DNA of 64,000 nucleotides, taken from NCBI GenBank assembly GCA_015487555.1, contig WFPK01000052.1, positions 44,144-108,143 of the forward strand. The letters are read 5' to 3'. The notes below the pieces were generated by a model. That model worked only from the letters and a program-made list of their open reading frames with translations. It searched no databases and was not told the origin of the DNA. The first letter of the stretch is position 1, and each line of letters starts with the position of its first letter. Of this stretch, positions 39,498 to 47,939 are shown one piece after another. A program made the position numbers and the translations under genes. This DNA comes from Phycisphaerales bacterium (GTDB lineage: Bacteria; Planctomycetota; Phycisphaerae; Phycisphaerales; UBA1924).

Positions 39498-41602
39498 TAT
39501 TTTCTACCTTCCTGATCCGAGTCTACCGGATTCGTATCGCCGATGCGAGGTTCATTGTTCAGATTGGGGCCGCGAAGATCCACCGGGGGTATCCTGTTCA
39601 GTTGCTCTGAATCACATACACCGCCATTGTCCGCCACATCTCCCTCTATGGCAAAGTTGGCGGGCTTTGGTTCATCTTGGCGGTCTATGGTGGGCATTGC
39701 CCACATCCAGCGACCACTACTTGAGAATCCCTCGCGGATTGCTGTTGCCTTGATTCGCTTCTTGGCACGCTCGATCGTGCGCCATGCAAGCCCGTCCTGC
39801 TCGCCCATTCTCCTGATGTCACTTGATGCCATCGGGCCGTCACTGAGCACATCGCGGAGCCATTTCCCGGCTTCATCACCCGCGCTGCTCCCACCGGTGC
39901 TGTTAGCCAGCACCTCGGATGCTGTGATACTCACTGAATCGGCTTCCCACTGGACCCGAGCAGGATCATCGCCGATCGTGAATGCCAAACCCGGCGAGGG
40001 GATGGACAGGTTCATCTTGCCGGGGAGTAAAAACCGCCGATCTTCATCATCGGGATCACGCATCAAATGGAGCACCGATCGGGCAAGCCCAGTGAATGCC
40101 CTTGAGCCGAGCACCATGTCATCTGGGTTCGCCGCTGCGCCCTTGCGTTGGTGGGCTACCAGCACCACCGCTGCGCCTGTTTCTTGGGCGAGGGCAGCCA
40201 GTGGAGCCAACACCGCACGCACTTCATTGTCCCGATGTGCATCTACGCGCCCGCCCATATATGAGCCGATCGGATCAATCACGATCAGCCGCACATCGCC
40301 GATAGTTCTGAGGGCTTGGTGGAGTGGATCAATATCGGCCAGAGTGAATGCGCCCTCAAGCATGTTGCCATGCTTGCCCTGTGCGTGAACACCCTTGAGC
40401 ATATGAATCTGCTCAGAATCAGCATTATGGGCATCGAGCCGAGGGCGGATGGTGTCTCCTGGATCGTCCTCAGCCGAAACCAGTAGCACGCTCCCCGCTT
40501 CGCACGATGCTCCATCGGGCCAGTCCTGCCCGGTGCTCACTCTCGCTGCCCAATCGAGCGTAGCGAACGATTTGCCCTCGCCGGGTCGGCCAACCAGTAG
40601 GCTCAATCGACCCAAGGGCAGCCGTCCAGCCCAAAGCCAACTCACCTTCTGCGCTTGCACATCGGCCATACGCAAGAGCACCGGGCTGCCACATTGGGGA
40701 GCGGATTGCAACTTCTTGGGCGCACACGCCTTTGCGAGTGCCTCAACTGCTTCACGCACCGCGCCCGTGTCACCTTGGGTAAGTTCCAGCACATCGGCCA
40801 TGTCTCCGCCCTTGGGCAACTCAGGCCAACGCTCGATCAAATGCACGATCTTCACCGATGCTGCGCCCGCTTCGCGTGCAAGCTGATGCACACCATCGGC
40901 ATATTTCTCACCTGGCTCATCGTGATCGGGAAGGATCACCACTTCGCGCCCGGCCAATGGTGTCCAGTCCGCATTGCCTGCGCTCTTGCTCCCATGTGGG
41001 CTTGTGGTGGCGATCAGCCCGCACGCTCGGGCCGCGTCCGCAGCCTTCTCGCCCTCACACACATACACCACGCCCTCGGCTTTGAGCAACTCAGCAAGCC
41101 CATACAAGGGCCTCGGTTCAGGCATCCCGCCGATGAACCAACCCGCACCGTTTCGGGACACCGGGCGCATCTTCTTGCCAGATTCAGTATCCCACCGCAC
41201 CATCACCCCCACCGGTTCACCTTGAGCATCGTGGTATGTCCATGCCTTCGATCTTGGGCCGTGTTTGCGCTCCAACGCCTCAACCGCTTGGTGAGCCGTG
41301 GAGTATGTGACTTTTTGGGGCCTCGGGTGTCTGGTGTGGGGTGTTGGATGCTCTTCTGGGAACAAATTACGCATCTCCAATCCAATCGCCTCAATCACTG
41401 ATTCGGTGGTGCAACCAGCATGGCACTTGAGCAATGCCCGTCCATCATCGCCGGGGGTGATGCTCAGGCTCGGGTTCCGATCATCATGGGCCGGGCATCG
41501 ACACATCCAGCCAGTGCCAGATTGTTTGGGTTCGTGTCCAATGACTCTGAGCGCATCGAGCACACGCTGGATGGGATTCGAGGTATTCGTGTTGATGCTC
41601 AT
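39497..41602 (-). CDS. Bifunctional DNA primase / replicative helicase-like ATPase (zinc-binding + Toprim + RecA-like AAA_25)
   Basis: CRCPAHDDRNPSLSI...LKCHAGC zinc motif. Toprim VYVCEGEKAADA...ILPDHDEPG. Walker A GRPGEGKS and Walker B VLLVSAEDD. There is a 1-nt overlap with the int start. Confidence 0.85.
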   Translation of the reverse strand: MSINTNTSNPIQRVLDALRVIGHEPKQSGTGWMCRCPAHDDRNPSLSITPGDDGRALLKCHAGCTTESVIEAIGLEMRNLFPEEHPTPHTRHPRPQKVTYSTAHQAVEALERKHGPRSKAWTYHDAQGEPVGVMVRWDTESGKKMRPVSRNGAGWFIGGMPEPRPLYGLAELLKAEGVVYVCEGEKAADAARACGLIATTSPHGSKSAGNADWTPLAGREVVILPDHDEPGEKYADGVHQLAREAGAASVKIVHLIERWPELPKGGDMADVLELTQGDTGAVREAVEALAKACAPKKLQSAPQCGSPVLLRMADVQAQKVSWLWAGRLPLGRLSLLVGRPGEGKSFATLDWAARVSTGQDWPDGASCEAGSVLLVSAEDDPGDTIRPRLDAHNADSEQIHMLKGVHAQGKHGNMLEGAFTLADIDPLHQALRTIGDVRLIVIDPIGSYMGGRVDAHRDNEVRAVLAPLAALAQETGAAVVLVAHQRKGAAANPDDMVLGSRAFTGLARSVLHLMRDPDDEDRRFLLPGKMNLSIPSPGLAFTIGDDPARVQWEADSVSITASEVLANSTGGSSAGDEAGKWLRDVLSDGPMASSDIRRMGEQDGLAWRTIERAKKRIKATAIREGFSSSGRWMWAMPTIDRQDEPKPANFAIEGDVADNGGVCDSEQLNRIPPVDLRGPNLNNEPRIGDTNPVDSDQEGRK

Positions 41603-42006
41603 GCCTCACCCCCTACATGCTGCCCGACGGCGACCCACACAGCTGCGGGGCATCCGCGTTGGGTGAGCCGTCGATTCCCTGTATCTCGGATCAAACCCAG
41701 CTTCGCAAGCTCTCCGCGACGGGCGGAATAACTTGCAGCGAATATGTCGAGTTGAGTTTCGCCCTCATCGTCAGTGAGTCCATGCGCCCCACTTGCCAAG
41801 ATCGCTCGATAGATTCGTGCCCGTTGGGTGGGCGTGCGGGCCGCGATCATCATGGCTGCCACTTCCGAGGTGCCTTTGGGCGCATTGTGTCGGAATGGTG
41901 GGCGCAGGTCTTGGGCCGAGGGTGTATGCTTAGCATGTTGTGAGTTTTCGGCATCGCCACCAATGGCAGGTGTGGGCGTGCCATTTCCAAATAGATCATT
42001 TTGCAT
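41599..42006 (-). CDS. Hypothetical protein, possible winged-helix DNA-binding protein
   Basis: The start is trimmed to MQNDLFG. The C-terminal part RIYRAILASGAHGLTDDE...ARRGELAKLGLIRDTG resembles a wHTH. It overlaps its neighbours within the operon. Confidence 0.4.
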   Translation of the reverse strand: MQNDLFGNGTPTPAIGGDAENSQHAKHTPSAQDLRPPFRHNAPKGTSEVAAMMIAARTPTQRARIYRAILASGAHGLTDDEGETQLDIFAASYSARRGELAKLGLIRDTGNRRLTQRGCPAAVWVAVGQHVGGEA

Positions 42007-42226
42007 CGGTCTGCCCTCCCTTGCGGGCAATGAACGCCTCCAACTCGGCAACTGGGATCAGCACGATTCGATCGAGCTTGAATGATCCGATCTGCCCGGA
42101 TTTGAGCAGTGTGTGCAATGTTCGCTCAGACACGCCAAGGGCATTGGCGGCTTCCCGCTTGCGGAGGGTGAGCCGAAGATCGGATGGGGGATTGGGGGTC
42201 GGTGCGGGTGGTTGCCAGTTATTCAC
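41996..42226 (-). CDS. Helix-turn-helix (excisionase/AlpA-like, HTH_17) protein
   Basis: LTLRKREAANALGVSERTLHTLLKSGQIGSFKLDRIVLIPVAELEAFI. Confidence 0.7.
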   Translation of the reverse strand: MNNWQPPAPTPNPPSDLRLTLRKREAANALGVSERTLHTLLKSGQIGSFKLDRIVLIPVAELEAFIARKGGQTDAK

Positions 42227-42423
42227 TCGGCACCCCCTTCACGCTCGGCATATTCGGCGAGTTTGATTCGGGCGCGTTCGAGGTGAACCAGCCACCGCCG
42301 CCCGGCTTTGATTGCAGGGATGCGCCCGGCCTCCGCTTCAGATTGAAGCCATGCGATTGGGACCCCCAAGTTTGACGCTGCACGCCTGATGGGAACAAAT
42401 GTTGTTTGTGTTTCTTGGCTCAT
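42223..42423 (-). CDS. Helix-turn-helix (excisionase/AlpA-like, HTH_17) protein
   Basis: The start is trimmed to MSQETQ. Sequence FVPIRRAASNLGVPIAWLQSEAEAGRIPAIKAGRRWLVHLERARIKL. Confidence 0.65.
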   Translation of the reverse strand: MSQETQTTFVPIRRAASNLGVPIAWLQSEAEAGRIPAIKAGRRWLVHLERARIKLAEYAEREGGAE

Positions 42424-42468
42424 ACTGCGAGCATTGCAGCATTTTGAGCAAGACCAAACCAATCCAAT

Positions 42469-43806
42469 TCAGTTCTTCGGTTTGCTTACGGCCCCTTCGC
42501 TTTCCTTCGCCCGTTTGATAGCCGTTTTGTATTCAGGATACCTTTCATAGACTTCAATGATGGAATGATGCCAGCGGTCGGACACCTTCAAACTTCTCTT
42601 CAATCGTCCATCATTCGCGGCAACTCGTAATAAGTCTGCGTATAAGCCTCCATCAGTCGCTGAAGAAAACCATGCGGCATTTCTTCTCTCGACCGCAGAC
42701 GATGAAAATAGCCTTTCCGAACCAGAAGTAGCCTTTTTTTGTTCTTCTACTGTCCCGTCAATATACAATGCCAACCCCACAATCAACTCCTCGATAGGCC
42801 GATAGGCCTCGGAAATCGCTTTTTGTGGATATACAGAATGCCCCTCTCTATCGCAGCGGAGTGCCCCTCTTTTGAGCAAATGGTCACCAGGCAGCTCGTT
42901 TTTCATTCCCATCAATGGGGGAGGAAATATATTGAGGGCGAGCGTGTTCATACCATCCATTGCTGCCCGTATGCGATCTTGTAGCTCTGGGCGGTGTATT
43001 TGAAATGTTGCGTCTCTCGCCCTTCGAAGAGCTGGCTCCCATGTCGCCCACCATTTTCGATTGTCCTCAAGCAACTCTATTTTCTTTGCCTTCAAATCTT
43101 CGCCATGTTCATGCTGAATCACATCAGCCCATTCAGACGCATTGCCTTGGAATACGCGAATATGCCGTTGCACATCACGCATCGCTCTACTCAGCTCGTC
43201 ATACGGGTTGATTCCCGGCTCATCGCACGGCTGCCCATCACCAGTTGGAATCGTCATTCCCACTGGCATCACTTCCCCCGTCCGAGCACTCCATGTTGCT
43301 CGCTCAAGCAGATCCAACACCTCGCCGGGAGGGCTATCGACGCTGTTGTGTTCACTGTTTTCCCAACAAATCATGCCACGCCCAAGTAATCCGGGGACTT
43401 CCTCACCGAACTGCCAAGGCAACGCTGCAAACGGACACATTGATTTTGAAATATATTCATTGGCATTGGGATCAATCGCCAGCACAAGGGTGAGCACAAC
43501 CATGCTCGCAGCGAGTTTTCGCTCCTCGTGCGGCATAGGCTCCTCGAATCGCATGTCAGAATACCCATTTGGGTACTCATCAGAGACTACGGCAACCTTG
43601 GCGCGGTCTAGCCGAGGAAAGATCAACTCTTCCGATGATTTTTCGGCCCATTTGCCATCATGGTCATCTTGTTTCAGATGATTCTCAGAGAAGATTTCTG
43701 TGAGCCGTTTCCCTGCTTCGGTAAAGACCTCACGATTGGCCTCGATCACTTTTCGAGTTGCACGAAGTAAGCCCTCTCGCCGGGCTGGGGTTGCATTTGA
43801 TGCCAT
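42469..43806 (-). CDS. Orphan 445-aa cytoplasmic protein, no recognisable family (island cargo)
   Basis: Long uninterrupted ORF, AT-richer than its surroundings. The start is trimmed to MASNATPARREG, with GGAAGGTGA 5-8 nt upstream of the ATG at 43806. No TM or signal sequence, and no motif that I recognise. Confidence 0.6.
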   Translation of the reverse strand: MASNATPARREGLLRATRKVIEANREVFTEAGKRLTEIFSENHLKQDDHDGKWAEKSSEELIFPRLDRAKVAVVSDEYPNGYSDMRFEEPMPHEERKLAASMVVLTLVLAIDPNANEYISKSMCPFAALPWQFGEEVPGLLGRGMICWENSEHNSVDSPPGEVLDLLERATWSARTGEVMPVGMTIPTGDGQPCDEPGINPYDELSRAMRDVQRHIRVFQGNASEWADVIQHEHGEDLKAKKIELLEDNRKWWATWEPALRRARDATFQIHRPELQDRIRAAMDGMNTLALNIFPPPLMGMKNELPGDHLLKRGALRCDREGHSVYPQKAISEAYRPIEELIVGLALYIDGTVEEQKKATSGSERLFSSSAVERRNAAWFSSATDGGLYADLLRVAANDGRLKRSLKVSDRWHHSIIEVYERYPEYKTAIKRAKESEGAVSKPKN

Positions 43807-44143
43807 CTTGTTCACCTTCCTCGGGCCGAGCGAGCGCGGCTGGGTCGGAAGGTGAATGACCCCGCCGCGTTCGCTCATCGTCGGAGCAACCCGACAAACC
43901 CGTATTTGATGTAGATCATACCACACCGAACAAAGATGCGACAAAGCGGGCCCTCCATGATTTCGCAAAGACCCCCAAAATCATCATTTTCCCTGTTTTT
44001 TCCCTGTTTACCCAACAATCCATAGGAAACACTGGGAGCAGTACGCGCGCGTGCGCGAGGGGATGCCTCAAATCTACCCGCCTATGAATATCTCCCACCT
44101 GAAGAATGGACAAATCCGTCCAGATACACGATGATCTAGACAC

Positions 44144-47100
44144 ATGGATACACCCACATTTATCGCCAAATGGTCAAAGGCCCAGCTCTCCGAGCGGGCC
44201 GCCTCGCAAGAACATTTTATCGACCTCTGCCGCCTCCTCGGCGTGAAGACACCCGCCGAACTCGATCCCACGGGCGATACCTTTACATTCGAGAAGGGAG
44301 CGAAGGTCTCAGGGCCCGCCTCGATCGGCTCGAAGGGGGCCCACGGGTGGGCGGATGTGTGGTACAAAGGGCGGTTCGCTTGGGAATACAAACGCAAGGA
44401 CAAATACAAGAACTTGGCCGAGGCCTACCGCCAGCTCCAGCAATACCGCGAAGACCTGGGCAACCCGCCGCTGATGATCGTCAGCGACATCACCAACTAC
44501 GAAATCCATACCAACTTCACCGGCTACAAGCCCGAGGTCTTCACCTTCACCCTCGATCAACTCTCCGACCCCGGCACCCTCACCCTCCTCAAACGGGTCT
44601 TCACCGATCCCGAGTCCTTCAAGCCCACCGAGACCGTCGCCGCCATCACCGAGAAGATCGCCGCCAAGATCGGTACCATCGCCCAGCACCTCCGCGATCG
44701 CGGGCATGAGCCGCACGATGCCGCCCATTTTCTGATGAAGGTCATGTTCTGCCTCTTCGCTGAGGATGTGGAACTCCTCCCCAAGGGGCTCTTTGAGCGT
44801 GTCCTCATCAAATCCAAGGACGATCCAGCCCGGCTCAAGAAACAAATGGACGCGATCTTCGATGCTATGCGCACCGGCGGGGACTTCGGCGTAGACGAAA
44901 TCAGCTACTTCAATGGCGGGCTCTTCGACAACGCCGAATCCATCGAACTCACCACCGACGAAATCGAAATCCTCATCGACGCGGCCATCCAAGATTGGTC
45001 GGTCATCGAACCCTCGATCCTCGGCACCCTCTTTGAACGCTCGCTCGATCCCTCAAAGCGATCGCAGATCGGGGCGCACTACACATCCCGCGAAGACATC
45101 ATGCTCGTCATCGAGCCGGTCATTGTCCGCCCGCTTCGCAAGCAGTGGGAAGAGACCAAAGCGCAGATCGAAGACCAGCTCGAACGCCGACGCAAGGGGA
45201 AGACATCGGCCACCAAGAAAAAGGCCGATGCCGAAATCGCCAACCTGCTCGATGGGTTCCAAACCAAGCTCTCCTCCGTTCGCGTCCTCGATCCCGCCTG
45301 CGGCTCGGGCAACTTCCTCTATGTCGCCATCCAGCAACTCCTCTTCCTCGAAAAAGAAGTCATCCTCTACGCATCCCGTGAAGAACTCGGGGTCGGCGGG
45401 TTGCTCCCCCGCGTGCGCCCAACCCAACTCCTCGGCATCGAAATCAACCCCTACGCCTCCGAACTCGCCCAAGTCGCCATCTGGATCGGATACCTCCAAT
45501 GGATGCGAGACAACGGCTTCAACGCCCCCAGAGACCCCATCCTCGAACCCATCGACACCATCGAAAACCGAGACGCGATCCTGGCGTGGGCCGATGAGGA
45601 TGGCGAGCGGATCAGCGTGTGGCGTGAGGGTGCGAAGTGCTTGGGCCAAGCCAAATGGCCCGAGGCGGATTTCATTGTGGGGAATCCGCCGTTTTTGGGG
45701 TCTCGTAAAGCACGAATGGAACTTGGTGATGAGTATGTGGATGCATACCAATCAGCATTTTCCACGACTCCCGAAGGCGTAGATTTATGCTGCTATTGGT
45801 TTGAACTAGCTGGTGCGCAAGTAGTTCAGCATCCCACCTTGCGGGCGGGATTGTTGGCGACACAAGGAATCCGCGGTGGGTCAAGCAGATCAGTATTGCA
45901 ACGAATCGAATCTAGATCAACAATCTTCTTTGCTATATCTGACAGAGTTTGGGAACTGGATGGAGCAACAGTACACATCTCAGTCGTGGGCTTTACTTTA
46001 GATTCTGACGAGCAATATATTTTGGATTGCCTGCCTGTTGACGGCATCAACTCCGATCTCACAGAGGGCGTAAATCTTACTAAAGCGACCAAAAAACCAG
46101 AAAACGCATCCATTTCTTTTCAAGGTACTATCAACAGTGGATCATTTGATCTCTCATATACCGAAGCGTGTCGCATGCTAACTATCCCAAACCCTATCCA
46201 AGCAAATAACGCAGATGTACTCAGGCCTTGGTGCAATGGTCGTGATTTGACTAAAAGAACAAGGGGGCAATGGATTGTAGATTTTGGTGTTGATCGTGAT
46301 GAAAAAGAATGCGCTCAGTACGAAGAGCCATTTGATTATGTTGTGAATCATATAAAACCTCAACGAGACAAGCTGAAAGATGGAAAGCAAAAATACGCGC
46401 ATTCATCGAAATATCCATTTTGGCAAATGTGGAATCCTCGCCCAGAAATGCGAAAAACGCTGCCCGCCGATAGCCGCTATGTCGGCACGCCAAGAGTCAC
46501 AAAATATAGATTGTTCAAATGGATGGATTCAACTCATCTTCCTGACGCACAGATTATTGTCTTCGCCCGTTCTGACGATTATTTTTTCGGCACCCTCCAC
46601 AGCAGCATCCACGAACTCTGGGCACGCCGGCTTGGGTCACAACTCCGAGACGCTGAATCAGGTTTCCGCTACACACCCACTACTTGCTTCGAGACCTTCC
46701 CCCTCCCGTGGTCGCCGGGGCATGAGCCGGGCGAGGGTGAGCCTCAGCGTCCGCTCCACGATGCCATCGGCGAGGCCGCCGCAACCCTCAACGAACAGCG
46801 CGAGCGATGGCTCAACCCGCCCGAGTGGGTGCAACCGATCGCCGACCGGATTGATGCCGAGGATGATTTCGCCGATGTGCTCGCCGTCAGTGGCGAGGAG
46901 GCCCAACGCTTGATCCGCCAGAGCGCGATTGATGCCGCCTGCGCCAAAGACCCCAAACTCAAGAAACGCACCCTCACCAACCTCTACAACGAACGCCCGA
47001 CTTGGTTGAGACTCGCCCACAAAGCCCTCGACCAAGCCGTGATTGCCGCCTACGCCGCCGTTGATCCCGATGGCGATTGGGACACCGCTTGGGCTGAGGT

Positions 47101-47221
47101 CTTCGAGGAAACCGGAGCCGGTCAACCCTTGCCCGAGGGGCATGAGTTGATAGAACGCCGGGAAGAGGTGGAGCAGTTGATTTTGGGGAATCTGCTTCGG
47201 ATGAACCAAGCGCGGGCGTGA
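44144..47221 (+). CDS. MmeI-family Type IIL restriction-modification enzyme (fused endonuclease + N6-adenine methyltransferase + TRD)
   Basis: 1025 aa. The N-terminal nuclease motif is D71-X9-E81-X-K83 (ADVWYKGRFAWEYKRK, 44354..44392). SAM motif I is VLDPACGSGNFL, and motif IV is NPPF (45683..45694). The long C-terminal TRD and helical region are as in MmeI-like enzymes. Confidence 0.85.
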   Translation: MDTPTFIAKWSKAQLSERAASQEHFIDLCRLLGVKTPAELDPTGDTFTFEKGAKVSGPASIGSKGAHGWADVWYKGRFAWEYKRKDKYKNLAEAYRQLQQYREDLGNPPLMIVSDITNYEIHTNFTGYKPEVFTFTLDQLSDPGTLTLLKRVFTDPESFKPTETVAAITEKIAAKIGTIAQHLRDRGHEPHDAAHFLMKVMFCLFAEDVELLPKGLFERVLIKSKDDPARLKKQMDAIFDAMRTGGDFGVDEISYFNGGLFDNAESIELTTDEIEILIDAAIQDWSVIEPSILGTLFERSLDPSKRSQIGAHYTSREDIMLVIEPVIVRPLRKQWEETKAQIEDQLERRRKGKTSATKKKADAEIANLLDGFQTKLSSVRVLDPACGSGNFLYVAIQQLLFLEKEVILYASREELGVGGLLPRVRPTQLLGIEINPYASELAQVAIWIGYLQWMRDNGFNAPRDPILEPIDTIENRDAILAWADEDGERISVWREGAKCLGQAKWPEADFIVGNPPFLGSRKARMELGDEYVDAYQSAFSTTPEGVDLCCYWFELAGAQVVQHPTLRAGLLATQGIRGGSSRSVLQRIESRSTIFFAISDRVWELDGATVHISVVGFTLDSDEQYILDCLPVDGINSDLTEGVNLTKATKKPENASISFQGTINSGSFDLSYTEACRMLTIPNPIQANNADVLRPWCNGRDLTKRTRGQWIVDFGVDRDEKECAQYEEPFDYVVNHIKPQRDKLKDGKQKYAHSSKYPFWQMWNPRPEMRKTLPADSRYVGTPRVTKYRLFKWMDSTHLPDAQIIVFARSDDYFFGTLHSSIHELWARRLGSQLRDAESGFRYTPTTCFETFPLPWSPGHEPGEGEPQRPLHDAIGEAAATLNEQRERWLNPPEWVQPIADRIDAEDDFADVLAVSGEEAQRLIRQSAIDAACAKDPKLKKRTLTNLYNERPTWLRLAHKALDQAVIAAYAAVDPDGDWDTAWAEVFEETGAGQPLPEGHELIERREEVEQLILGNLLRMNQARA

Positions 47222-47307
47222 TCTGCCAGAAGCATTGATTCTTCGCCCCATTGAGGCCACGACACGCCGCTCGCGTGCGATGCGCGGGGTTTGCTAGAAA
47301 CGGGTAT

Positions 47308-47679
47308 TCAAAGTTCAGTAGCACATAAAGCGTGTTTTCGATCTGGATTGAGTTGCTCGATATGCCGCTGAAGTTTTTGTTTTTCTTCTTCAAGATGAGC
47401 GAAAACTTCGTCATTCAGATCATCGCTGTAAAGCAGCTCAAAGAACTCTTTGATTTCCCGTTTGGTCAGAAAAGCAACCCACCCCGCCCAATCTGTCTGA
47501 ACTGCATGAATCTTTCCTGATTCTCTCCATTGGTGAAAGAGCGTCCACGCATTGCGCCCATCACGAAAGAATGGACTTTTCCGCTTCGGAGTCTTGGTAG
47601 CCAGCCCATTTTCGTCGGGTTCAGAATCATCCATGTTTGAGATGTATACATCGAGATATGGCATTGTGATTGCTTCCAT
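47308..47679 (-). CDS. Orphan small protein (about 119-140 aa; start 47730/47679/47664 uncertain), island cargo
   Basis: AT-rich ORF ...MPYLDVYISNMDDSEPDENGL...WTLFHQWRESGKIHAVQTDWAGWVAFLTKREIKEFFELLYSD... No family was recognised. The upstream alternative TTG start overlaps the stop of the int-tail segment. Confidence 0.45.
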   Translation of the reverse strand: MEAITMPYLDVYISNMDDSEPDENGLATKTPKRKSPFFRDGRNAWTLFHQWRESGKIHAVQTDWAGWVAFLTKREIKEFFELLYSDDLNDEVFAHLEEEKQKLQRHIEQLNPDRKHALCATEL

Positions 47680-47726
47680 GAAAAGATAGGCCTTTGAATC
47701 GAATGGTTCTATCAATCCGTAGGTCC

Positions 47727-47939
47727 TCAATGTTCTCCACCGCTGATCAACTCCAGAATCTTCCCTCGCACATCTTCACAAAGCGTTGGCCAGACTCGGA
47801 GAACCTGATCGAGGTCGGGATCGGCTGAGCTGGATTGGGGCGAATCGCCAGAAAGTGCGCCGCATTCTGCGCCCCCACTCTCTGAAATCGGCGTTTCTAT
47901 ATGCGCCAGTGCGGTATGTTTGAGTCCGCGTATGCCCAT
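47727..47939 (-). other. Displaced 3' segment of the integrase reading frame (it would be fused in-frame to int across the att core in the excised circle)
   Basis: The minus strand reads MGIRGL-KHTALAHIETPISESGGAECGALSGDSPQSSSADPDLDQVLRVWPTLCEDVRGKILELISGGEH*. The MGIRGL codons are the att core, read in the same phase as in int (ATG at 38207 and 47939, both in phase with their ORFs). Confidence 0.5.
47853..47873 (+). repeat. 21-bp repeat copy 2 (inside the element, 49 bp from the attR core)
   Basis: AAGTGCGCCGCATTCTGCGCC, identical to 38340..38360 and in the same orientation. Confidence 0.9.
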
